Source: an uncultured Oscillospiraceae bacterium (GTDB lineage: Bacteria; Bacillota; Clostridia; RUG12999). Taken from it: a stretch of DNA of 64,000 nucleotides. The DNA lies in assembly GCA_964418245.1 (NCBI GenBank), contig CAYQKW010000002.1, positions 9,415 to 73,414 on the forward strand. The letters are read 5' to 3'. Position numbers and translations under genes: made by a program. Shown piece after piece: positions 40,439 through 48,594 of the stretch (position 1 is the stretch's first letter; each line of letters opens with the position of its first letter). The notes below the pieces were generated by a model that ran no database searches, had not been told where the DNA came from, and was given only the letters and a program-made list of their open reading frames with translations.

Positions 40439-41663
40439 AACGAACGGCGGAGCGAATATTTACTGTTTACAGACAAATAAGTTCAAAACAACAACGGTAA
40501 GTGTTAATATATTCAGACCTATTAAAGACGAGGCCGCAAAGAATGCTCTGCTTACAAGAATACTTAAATCGGCCTCAAAAAAATATTCTTCCAAAACAGA
40601 AATAGAGAAAAAACTGGAATGGATGTACGGAGCTTATTTTTCGGCTGATGTGGCAAAAAAAGGCGAAATGCAGATTTTGAATTTTGAAATCACCGCTCCG
40701 TCGGATATATATACAAAAGAAGATACCGTTTCCGCTTCGGCGGAGTTTCTGAACGAGATTATATATAATCCGAAAATTTGCGGTGAAGAATTTGACAATG
40801 AAATCTTTGAGATAGAAAAAGAAAATTTAAAAAATCTTATATATGCATCCGAAAACGATAAAAGAGAATTTGCAACTCAAAGATGTATCGAAGAAATGTG
40901 TTCATCAGAGGCATATGCGGTACCGTGTCTCGGTACGGTCGCAGAGCTTGAACGCATAACAAACAATGGTCTTTACGAACATTATAAAGATATAATAAAA
41001 AACAGCCGGATTGATATATTTGTTTCAGGTACTTGCGACACAACCGCGGTAAAAAATATTTTTGACGGCGTGTCGAGCAGTGACAATATAATAAAATCAT
41101 CCAAACTTGCCGAACGAACCGCGGTGAAAGAAATTCACGAAATAATGGACGTAAACCAAGGTAAACTTGTTATCGGCATGAATGTGAATGCTCCGTTTTT
41201 TGATACACTCGTCTTCAACAGTGTATACGGAAGCGGCACACACAGCAAACTGTTTAATAATGTGCGTGAAAAGTTGAGCCTTGCGTATTATGCATATTCA
41301 AGATATGTGAAATCAAAATCACTTATTATTGTCGGAACGGGTATCGAATTTGACAAATATGTGCAGACGAAAGAAGAAGTATACAATCAACTGAAAGAAA
41401 TTCAAAACGGAAATATATCGGAGTTTGAAATTGAATCGGCAAAAAAATTCATCGAAACAATTTATGTTTCAATGAAAGATGACCCAAAAAGAATGATTGA
41501 TTTTTATTTATCGCAACATATTGACGGTGAAACAACGGACATAGACGGTTTTATCGAAAGTGTAAAATCGGTGACACGCGAAAGTATCATAAACGCCGCA
41601 AAAAGTGTTAAAGTCAATACAATATATTTCCTGAAAGGAACAAACCGAGATGAAAGAAATTAA
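40422..41663 (+). CDS. M16-family peptidase-like protein lacking the HxxEH zinc motif
   Basis: About 413 aa; pitrilysin-like two-domain layout, no HxxEH. Start at one of ATG 40422/40428/40431, overlapping the upstream stop. Confidence 0.75.
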   Translation: MVMMIKTNGGANIYCLQTNKFKTTTVSVNIFRPIKDEAAKNALLTRILKSASKKYSSKTEIEKKLEWMYGAYFSADVAKKGEMQILNFEITAPSDIYTKEDTVSASAEFLNEIIYNPKICGEEFDNEIFEIEKENLKNLIYASENDKREFATQRCIEEMCSSEAYAVPCLGTVAELERITNNGLYEHYKDIIKNSRIDIFVSGTCDTTAVKNIFDGVSSSDNIIKSSKLAERTAVKEIHEIMDVNQGKLVIGMNVNAPFFDTLVFNSVYGSGTHSKLFNNVREKLSLAYYAYSRYVKSKSLIIVGTGIEFDKYVQTKEEVYNQLKEIQNGNISEFEIESAKKFIETIYVSMKDDPKRMIDFYLSQHIDGETTDIDGFIESVKSVTRESIINAAKSVKVNTIYFLKGTNRDERN

Positions 41664-42909
41664 TTACAGCAAGCTTAACGAAAAAATATACGAATATGTT
41701 CACAAAAGCGGTGTACGCGTGTTTATGGTACCAAAAAAAGGGTTTCTCAAAAGCAGTGCATATTTTGCAACGCATTTCGGTTCGATAGATTATAATTTCG
41801 TTCCTATCGGCGGCAATGATTTTATAACCGTGCCGGACGGGGTTGCACATTTTCTGGAGCACAAAGTTTTTGAACAGCCGGACAACTCAAATGTATTCGA
41901 TATGTTCAGCAAATACGGTGCAAATGCCAATGCGTACACATCGTTTGACATGACAACGTATTATTTTTGGTGTACGGAAAATTTTAAAGAAAATTTAAAA
42001 ATTCTTACGGAATTTGTTCAAAGTCCGCATTTCACAAAAGAAAATGTTGAAAAAGAGCAGGGGATAATTGGGCAGGAAATAAGAATGTACGACGATGATC
42101 CAAACTGGAAATGTTATTTCAATATGCTCGGTTGTCTGTATAATGATTTTCCTGTAAAAAAAGATATTGCCGGAACGGTTGAAAGCATATCGGAAATAAC
42201 CCCCGAAATACTTTATACCTGCTATAACACCTTTTATCACCCGTCTAATATGACATTGTGTCTCGTCGGTGACTTTGAACCGAATGACATGAAAGAATAT
42301 CTTGAAAATATATTGTCGGATAAGGAAAATGTCTCGGAAATTAAAAGAAAATACGAAACCGAAGCCAACAAAGTCGCAAACTCGCATATCTCGCAAAAAA
42401 TGAGTGTGAGTACACCGATGTATGCAATAGGGTTCAAAGATATACCGCAAAACAAAAATATCGAACACAGACGTGCCGCTTTTAAAATTGCTATGCAACT
42501 GTTTTTGGGTAAAAGCTCCGAACTGTATGCAAAACTTTATACAGGCGGAAAAATAACGCCGTCTTTCGGATTTGATTATACGGGCGAAAGTCACTTTGCG
42601 TTTGCCGAAATATCCGATGAATCGCCGTTTGGTAAATGTGTTGCGGAAGAAATTATTTCTGCCGCAGAAAATTTTAAAGTTTCGGAAAATGATTTTGAAC
42701 GTATCAAGAGAAAAGTATTCGGAAAAGGTCTTGTGATTTTCGACGACCCGGATGATTATGCCGGTGCGCTTTCGGGATATACCGTAAAAGGACTTAATCT
42801 TTATAAACTGTTTGATGCATATGAAAACATCACACCAAACGAAACGGAAGAAATTATAAAACAATGTTTTGCGGAAGAAAATATGGTATTATCGGAGATC
42901 ACACCATAA
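41650..42909 (+). CDS. M16-family zinc peptidase (HxxEH present)
   Basis: 419 aa; GVAHFLEHKVFE inverted zinc motif; overlaps the preceding M16 gene by 14 nt. Confidence 0.85.
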   Translation: MKEINYSKLNEKIYEYVHKSGVRVFMVPKKGFLKSSAYFATHFGSIDYNFVPIGGNDFITVPDGVAHFLEHKVFEQPDNSNVFDMFSKYGANANAYTSFDMTTYYFWCTENFKENLKILTEFVQSPHFTKENVEKEQGIIGQEIRMYDDDPNWKCYFNMLGCLYNDFPVKKDIAGTVESISEITPEILYTCYNTFYHPSNMTLCLVGDFEPNDMKEYLENILSDKENVSEIKRKYETEANKVANSHISQKMSVSTPMYAIGFKDIPQNKNIEHRRAAFKIAMQLFLGKSSELYAKLYTGGKITPSFGFDYTGESHFAFAEISDESPFGKCVAEEIISAAENFKVSENDFERIKRKVFGKGLVIFDDPDDYAGALSGYTVKGLNLYKLFDAYENITPNETEEIIKQCFAEENMVLSEITP

Positions 42910-42959
42910 TCGGGCAAAATATATAACGATTGTTAAAAAAATGACTTTTGCAATATCAC

Positions 42960-42988
42960 TTGACAATATATTCCGATTGTGATAAAAT
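42960..42988 (+). promoter_or_regulatory. Candidate strong sigma-A promoter upstream of the kduI ORF
   Basis: TTGACA(42960-42965)-N17-TAAAAT(42983-42988) with TGA extended -10. Confidence 0.6.
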
Positions 42989-43009
42989 ATATGTATACAA
43001 TAAGAAAGG

Positions 43010-43816
43010 GTGATTTTTATAATATACCTTAAAATCAAAGATGTAAACGGTGATGTTAAATTCAAAGCCGAGGGCGAGAAAATAGATGTCGTATACGAAA
43101 AAGAATACAGAGAGGGAGATACGATTGAAATAAAGCTTTCGGAAAGCGAATATGCTGCGTTGAAACTTGATGAAGTATTGGTTGAGAGCATTGTTTATAT
43201 GCCCGATAAGGAGTTTGTTTTTAGCATTCCTTTTGACGATGTAAGAGCTGCGGCATACGGTGAAGAAGCATTTGCCGGAGCCAATCATAAAATATCGGTG
43301 CGTATACCGGATGACGAGGAAGCATTCTCATACAGGGTGATTTCGCTCAATTCGCATGATATGCGCGGTAAAAGCGGAGCATATCCTCATGCGCATGCAA
43401 ATTTTGTGACAAGAGAAGAACCGTGTTTTTATGAACGTAACGCAATCGACGGTGTGTGCAGAAACGAATTGCATGGTTGGTATCCGTATCATTCGTGGGC
43501 GGCCGGTGCAAGAGAAGATATGGACTATTTTATAGATTTCGGATGTGAAGTCGAAACTGATAAAATAGTGGTATTTTTACGTGCGGATTTCCCTCACGAT
43601 ACATATTGGAAGTCGTTTGATATTTTATTTTCCGATGATACAAAAGTTCATGCGGAATTTGAAGAAACGGCCGAGGGTCAGGAAATAAAATTTGAAAAGA
43701 AAAAAACATCATTTATACATTTAACAAACTTTAAACAAGCAGTGAATCCTCTTTCGTGGGCAGCACTCTCACAAATTGAGGTACACGGAAATTACATTAA
43801 AAAGGAGATTGAACTT
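43010..43816 (+). CDS. Uncharacterised 269-codon segment in frame with and uninterrupted before kduI (possible jelly-roll / carbohydrate-binding-like domain)
   Basis: Same ORF as kduI in the track (43010-44647). Non-repetitive sequence ending ...NPLSWAALSQIEVHG. Only a GTG (43010, abutting AAGAAAGGG) is available as a start; first in-frame ATG is codon 64 (43199). Confidence 0.45.
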
Positions 43817-44647
43817 ATGGAAATCAGACAGGCATCAAATGCGGAAGATGTAAAACATTATACTACGGAAAGATTAAGAAAAGAATTTCATATTGCAAAT
43901 CTTTTCACAAAAGATAATATCAGAATGGTATACAGCCATATCGACAGAATTATAACAGCGGGCATAATGCCGCAACTTTATGAGTTGTCGCTGGAAGCAG
44001 GCAAAGAACTTGCTGCCGAATATTTCCTCGAAAGACGTGAAATGGGTTGTATCAATATAGGCGGAAAAGGTATTATCACAGTTGACGGAACGGAATATGA
44101 AATGAATCCTCGTGACGGTATTTATATCGGCAGAGGTAATAAAGAAGTTAAATTCAAAAGCGTAAATCCGGACGAACCGGCTAAATTCTACGTATCGTCA
44201 TGCCCGGCACACAAAGAATATCCTATTGTAAAAATAGATATAACAAAAGCTAAAAAAGTTCCGTGCGGAAGTGTTGAGGATTGTAACAAACGTGTTATCA
44301 ATCAGTATATACATCCTGAGGTTATGCAGTCTTGTCAGCTTTCGATGGGTCTTACACAGCTTGAACCCGGTTCAAACTGGAATACAATGCCTTCGCATAC
44401 TCATGACAGAAGAATGGAAGTTTATCTCTATCTTGATATGGGCGAAGACGATGCTGTGTTCCATATGATGGGAGAACCCAATGAAACACGCCATATCATT
44501 ATGCATAACGAAGAAGCGGTAATTTCTCCGAGCTGGTCAATTCACAGCGGTGTTGGAACTAAAGCATATTCGTTCATCTGGGCAATGTGCGGAGAAAATC
44601 AGGAATTTACCGATATGGACCATATCGCAACGAAAGATTTAAGATAA
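43817..44647 (+). CDS. kduI: 5-dehydro-4-deoxy-D-glucuronate isomerase
   Basis: 276 aa, collinear with recalled E. coli KduI (MVYSHIDRII, FLERRE.G.INIGG, CQLSMGLT, WNTMP.HTH.RRMEVY, SPSWSIHSGVGT, GENQ.F.DMDH). ATG 43817 has GGAG (43804-43807) 9 nt upstream. Confidence 0.9.
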   Translation: MEIRQASNAEDVKHYTTERLRKEFHIANLFTKDNIRMVYSHIDRIITAGIMPQLYELSLEAGKELAAEYFLERREMGCINIGGKGIITVDGTEYEMNPRDGIYIGRGNKEVKFKSVNPDEPAKFYVSSCPAHKEYPIVKIDITKAKKVPCGSVEDCNKRVINQYIHPEVMQSCQLSMGLTQLEPGSNWNTMPSHTHDRRMEVYLYLDMGEDDAVFHMMGEPNETRHIIMHNEEAVISPSWSIHSGVGTKAYSFIWAMCGENQEFTDMDHIATKDLR

Positions 44648-44696
44648 TTAATTTATAGGCATTTAAAAAACAATACAATCTTAAACGATTTTCTGT

Positions 44697-44728
44697 GAAC
44701 CGAAAGCCGGAATTTGGGCTTTCGGTTC
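44697..44728. terminator. Bidirectional terminator (kduI / rubrerythrin convergent)
   Basis: 12-bp perfect stem gaaccgaaagcc / ggctttcggttc, 8-nt loop, followed by ATATTTT. Confidence 0.75.
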
Positions 44729-44772
44729 ATATTTTAATATTTATATAGCAGTCGTTTATTTCACTGCGAATA

Positions 44773-45318
44773 TCAATAATTTACGGCTTTAATTTCAAAA
44801 TAGCTTTGTGCATGAGTACATACGGGGCATATTGCCGGGGCATTACTGCCGGTATGCACATGACCGCAGTTTTTACATATCCACACTTGCTCTCCGGCTC
44901 TCACAAACACTTTACCGTCATTTATATTCGACAACAATTTTTTAAATCTCTCCTCATGTTCTTTTTCTATTTTTGCAACATATTCAAACAATATGCCTAT
45001 TTCTCTGAAACCCTCATCATAAGCGGTTTGGGCAAATTCGCTGTACATTTCAGCCCATTCGTAATGTTCTCCGGCAGCGGCCGTTTCAAGATTTTTTCGT
45101 GTGGTATCTATTCCGCCGTTTAAATATTTAAACCAAATTTTTGCATGTGCGCGTTCATTATCGGCGGTAAGTTTAAAAATATCGGCAATTTGTTCATATC
45201 CGTCTTTTCGTGCTTGAGATTCAAAAAATGTATATTTATTGCGCGCCTGACTTTCTCCGGCATAAGCCGTCATTAAATTTGCTTCGGTTTTGCTTCCGTT
45301 TAAATTCATATAAATCAC
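44773..45318 (-). CDS. rbr: Rubrerythrin
   Basis: 181 aa; ferritin-like diiron domain followed by rubredoxin-type CKNCGH...CPVC. Confidence 0.9.
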   Translation of the reverse strand: MIYMNLNGSKTEANLMTAYAGESQARNKYTFFESQARKDGYEQIADIFKLTADNERAHAKIWFKYLNGGIDTTRKNLETAAAGEHYEWAEMYSEFAQTAYDEGFREIGILFEYVAKIEKEHEERFKKLLSNINDGKVFVRAGEQVWICKNCGHVHTGSNAPAICPVCTHAQSYFEIKAVNY

Positions 45319-45376
45319 ATTCCTTTCTTATATTATTTTAAACGTTTAATGAGGCTTTATTCACCGTATTAAAAAA

Positions 45377-45408
45377 ATGTGAGCACACCGTTGAAAGTAT
45401 GCTCACAT
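45377..45408 (-). terminator. Terminator of fba
   Basis: atgtgagca / tgctcacat 9-bp stem flanked by A7 and T6 runs. Confidence 0.7.
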
Positions 45409-45417
45409 TTTTTATAT

Positions 45418-46281
45418 TTACGCTTTGTTTATGCTTCCGAAAAGCTCCATTTTTTCTTTAACGGTAGCTTTTATTGCCTCAAAACCGGGTGCCAAAAGCT
45501 TACGTGGGTCAAAACCTTTGCCTTCCAAATCTTTGCCTGCTTCAACATATTTTCTTGTAGCGTCAGCAAAAGCAAGCTGGCATTCTGTGTTTACATTTAT
45601 TTTTGATACTCCGAGTGAAATAGCTTTTTTAATCATATCTGCCGGAATTCCGGTGCCGCCATGAAGAACCAACGGCATAACACCTGTTTTTTCTTGGATT
45701 TTTGCCAAAACATCAAAATTAAGTCCTTGCCAATTTGCCGGATATTTTCCGTGAATATTGCCGATACCTGCGGCAAGCATATCAACACCCAAATCGGCAA
45801 TCATTTTGCATTCATCGGGGTCTGCAACTTCTCCGCTGCCGACAACGCCGTCTTCTTCTCCGCCTATCGCACCGACTTCCGCTTCAACAGAAATCCCTTG
45901 TGCGTTTGCAATGGAAATAATTTCTTTTGTTTTTTCAATATTTTCATCAATGGCGTAATGCGAACCGTCAAACATTACAGAAGAAAATCCTGCGTCAATA
46001 GCTTTTTTCGCGCCTTCATACGAACCGTGGTCGAGGTGAATTGCAACAGGAACCGTAATATTAAGCCCCTCAATCATACCTTTTACCATTCCCACAATTG
46101 TTTTGAAACCACACATATATTTACCGGCACCTTCGGAAACACCCAAAATCACCGGTGAATTATTTTCCTGTGCGGTAAGCAGTATGGCTTTTGTCCATTC
46201 AAGATTATTGATGTTGAACTGTCCTACGGCATATTTGCCTTTTTTTGCTTTTTCAAGCATATCTTTTGCAGATACTAACAT
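45418..46281 (-). CDS. fba: Class II fructose-1,6-bisphosphate aldolase
   Basis: 287 aa; HLDHGS, VMFDGSH, LVLHGGTG motifs; AGGAGG SD. Confidence 0.93.
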   Translation of the reverse strand: MLVSAKDMLEKAKKGKYAVGQFNINNLEWTKAILLTAQENNSPVILGVSEGAGKYMCGFKTIVGMVKGMIEGLNITVPVAIHLDHGSYEGAKKAIDAGFSSVMFDGSHYAIDENIEKTKEIISIANAQGISVEAEVGAIGGEEDGVVGSGEVADPDECKMIADLGVDMLAAGIGNIHGKYPANWQGLNFDVLAKIQEKTGVMPLVLHGGTGIPADMIKKAISLGVSKINVNTECQLAFADATRKYVEAGKDLEGKGFDPRKLLAPGFEAIKATVKEKMELFGSINKA

Positions 46282-46318
46282 TTGTATTATTCCTCCTAAA
46301 TAATTACTGTATATTTAT

Positions 46319-46347
46319 ATTATAACTTAAATTCAGAGAAAATCCAA
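46319..46347 (-). promoter_or_regulatory. Candidate sigma-A promoter for fba
   Basis: Reverse strand TTGGAT-N17-TATAAT. Confidence 0.45.
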
Positions 46348-46427
46348 CACTTTTTTTGATTTTCACCGAATTTTTATTACTATTACATAAAAATTCGACC
46401 TAACTTTTATAAAAAATTGTATTATAT

Positions 46428-47378
46428 TTAATTCAAATACACAAGCTCGTCTTCGGGTTTTTTTGATTGTTCGATTTTCGAGATACACAGCTTGCAGTTA
46501 TCCCTGCCGTGAAGTGGGCTGTATTCCGTTTTTATTTTTGCGGTAAGCTTGACCCAAATTTTTTCCGTTACATTTCCGCCGTATTCCGCAATAAATCCGA
46601 TTAACCCAATATCATCGGCACAGCATGTCATTGCATAACGCCCAAATACGTAGTCACCTTTTTTCAGTTTGGGGTGTTTAAACATCATGCCTTTGATTTT
46701 TATTGTTTTTCCTTCATATTTTTCGGGATTATCGACTGCATCGACATAAAAAATATCAAAGTCGTCATCGTCAACCGAAATTTCGGGAGCGCTGATGTCG
46801 TAGGGGAGAGTGAGTGAATCACGCCCGTCATCGATGCTTCCGTCGGTGTTTTCAAACATTATTTGAGAACCCGGACTCATTGCACGTGCTGTTTTTCTGC
46901 ACATTCCCTTGTCAGTATTTTCATCACAGCGATTAAATGCAATCAAATCGGAACGTGAAAACTTGTCCATAAACAACGAACGCATATTGTTTAAATATAC
47001 TTCGAAATTTGTTGCATCAACAACTGTAACGACTTGAAAAAGTTCCCATGTATCCGGCTTTTTAACCTTAAACAAATCTTCAATTTTCCACATGCCGTTA
47101 TATTCGATTATAATTCTTGTCGGGTTTTGCATTATGTCTGCGGCTTTAAGGCTTTCTTCGGTTATATCTTCAAGATTTTCATAATACATAACCGAAGTAT
47201 CGGCTTCCTTTAAAAAATCTTCTTCAAATTCTTCCATACCTTCTTCGCATACAATTAACAATGTTCTGTCTTCGGCGGTAAAGCTTTCTTCGCTTAAAAT
47301 TTCTTTTATGAAAGATGTTTTTCCGCTTTCCAAAAAACCCGTTATAAGATATATGGGTATTTTTTTTACTTCTGCCAT
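46428..47378 (-). CDS. Atypical G3E-like P-loop protein with a Cys-Cys-motif C-terminal domain
   Basis: 316 aa; Walker A GFLESGKTS, but VCEEG replaces the CxCC metal motif. C-terminal half contains GRYAMTCCADDIGLIGF, which I recall as the DUF1980/TIGR03943-type signature. Confidence 0.6.
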   Translation of the reverse strand: MAEVKKIPIYLITGFLESGKTSFIKEILSEESFTAEDRTLLIVCEEGMEEFEEDFLKEADTSVMYYENLEDITEESLKAADIMQNPTRIIIEYNGMWKIEDLFKVKKPDTWELFQVVTVVDATNFEVYLNNMRSLFMDKFSRSDLIAFNRCDENTDKGMCRKTARAMSPGSQIMFENTDGSIDDGRDSLTLPYDISAPEISVDDDDFDIFYVDAVDNPEKYEGKTIKIKGMMFKHPKLKKGDYVFGRYAMTCCADDIGLIGFIAEYGGNVTEKIWVKLTAKIKTEYSPLHGRDNCKLCISKIEQSKKPEDELVYLN

Positions 47379-47390
47379 TGTATCACCTCA

Positions 47391-48428
47391 TCACAGACCA
47401 AACAGTTCGGTTATTTCCTGTTTTTTGATATTTGTGCCGATAACGCACAGCCTGCCGGTATAATCGGGAGAACCGTCACGAATTTCATATTCTTCCGGAA
47501 CAAAATCAAACTGTATCCAGCCACCGTCGGTTGTCGGCAAAATACCTTTTGCGCGCAATACAAAACCGTATTTATCGGTATCAGACAATAATTTAAGTGC
47601 TTCTTCCAAATGCTCTTTAGACATTTTTGCAGTGGTTTCAATACCAAAATCGGTAAATACATCATCGGCGTGATGGTGGTGATGTTCGTGGTCATGACAG
47701 CCGCAATCACAGTGTTCATCGTGTTCATGATGATGTTCGTGACAACCGCAATGTTCGTCGTGCTCGTGATGATGCTCATGGCAACCGCAATGTTCGTCAT
47801 GCTCGTGATGATGTTCTTCTATAAGATTTTTGTTTGCACCGCACATAACGTCCAAAATCTGTTTTCCGCTTAACATATCCCACGGTGTCGTGATTATCGG
47901 CGCATGGTGATTATGTTCTTTTATAAGTTCAACTGCTTCTTTAAGCTTTGTATCGCTCAATTTTTGAGTTCTGCTTAAAATAATTGCAGACGCGTTTTCT
48001 ATCTGATTATTAAAAAATTCCCCGAAGTTTTTGATGTACATTTTGCATTTTGTTGCATCCACAACAGCTGTTTTACCGGTTATCTCAATATCTTCATCGC
48101 GGCTCACATCTTCAACAGCCGCAACAACATCAGAAAGCTTTCCGACACCGGATGGCTCAATAATAATTCTTTCGGGTGAATATTGTTCTATAAGCATTCG
48201 TAATGCTTTGTTGAAATCACCCACAAGCGAACAGCAAATACACCCGGAATTCATTTCCGTAACATTTATGCCGGCGTCTTTCATAAATCCGCCGTCTATG
48301 CCAATTTCACCAAATTCGTTTTCAAGCAGAACAAGCTTTTCGCCGTTTAGTGCCTCGGATATAAGTTTTTTTATAACAGTGGTTTTTCCGGCTCCCAAAA
48401 AACCGGAAATAATATCAATTTTTGTCAT
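47391..48428 (-). CDS. COG0523/CobW-family G3E GTPase metallochaperone with His/Cys-rich insert
   Basis: 345 aa; Walker A GFLGAGKTT, ENEFGE, CxCC (GCICCS), CobW_C-like end; insert EEHHHEHDEHCGCHEHHHEHDEHCGCHEHHHEHDEHCDCGCHDHEHHHHH. Confidence 0.85.
   Translation of the reverse strand: MTKIDIISGFLGAGKTTVIKKLISEALNGEKLVLLENEFGEIGIDGGFMKDAGINVTEMNSGCICCSLVGDFNKALRMLIEQYSPERIIIEPSGVGKLSDVVAAVEDVSRDEDIEITGKTAVVDATKCKMYIKNFGEFFNNQIENASAIILSRTQKLSDTKLKEAVELIKEHNHHAPIITTPWDMLSGKQILDVMCGANKNLIEEHHHEHDEHCGCHEHHHEHDEHCGCHEHHHEHDEHCDCGCHDHEHHHHHADDVFTDFGIETTAKMSKEHLEEALKLLSDTDKYGFVLRAKGILPTTDGGWIQFDFVPEEYEIRDGSPDYTGRLCVIGTNIKKQEITELFGL
47670..47820 (-). repeat. In-frame 39-nt tandem repeat encoding DEHCGCHEHHHEH
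   Basis: Units 47721-47759 and 47760-47798 encode identical 13-aa peptides and differ at 5 positions, all synonymous. Partial or variant units flank them (47799-47819; 47670-47720). Confidence 0.9.
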
Positions 48429-48501
48429 GCCGACTACCTCTTTTCAAATGTTGTGATATACCGAATGGGGGAGAGACACCGAAATTTGGTATACCATATT
48501 T

Positions 48502-48530
48502 ATTATACTACAAATTTATAAAAAACACAA
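48502..48530 (-). promoter_or_regulatory. Candidate promoter for the COG0523 gene pair
   Basis: Reverse strand TTGTGT-N17-TATAAT; weaker -35. Confidence 0.4.
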
Positions 48531-48594
48531 TAGTTTTTATGCAAATTCATACAAATTTTTAACGAAAAAATTATTTTATGTAATATTGATATAA

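Noticed and set aside
41995-42864. 289-aa reverse-strand ORF inside the M16 peptidase gene. Similar long antisense ORFs occur at 34532-35170, 60256-60933, 56949-57593, 5716-6243, 6857-7417, 54252-54863, 45661-46158, 59098-59625 and 37902-38381.
   Set aside because: All lie antisense to genes with strong family motifs. Their translations are F/I/R/K/C-rich low-information strings typical of the shadow frame of AT-rich coding DNA, and none has a plausible SD plus start.
45338-45349. Perfect 12-bp palindrome TTAAACGTTTAA upstream of rubrerythrin as a PerR/Fur-type operator
   Set aside because: It is AT-rich with 6-bp arms, which are expected many times by chance in 64 kb. It has even symmetry rather than the 7-1-7 PerR box.
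46367-46397. AU-rich 10-bp inverted repeat cgaattttta/taaaaattcg after the COG0523 pair as a terminator
   Set aside because: The stem is almost all A-U and is not followed by a U-tract on the reverse strand. It may be only a weak pause, so it is not listed as a feature.
48429-48594. Zur box or invertible-promoter (inverton) structure between the recombinase and the COG0523 operon
   Set aside because: The only finds were a spaced imperfect repeat ATACCAAAT/ATTCGGTAT in the leader and CGTAAT-N9-ATTACA near 48578-48600. Neither matches the 7-1-7 Fur/Zur architecture I recall. No long inverted repeats flank the promoter.
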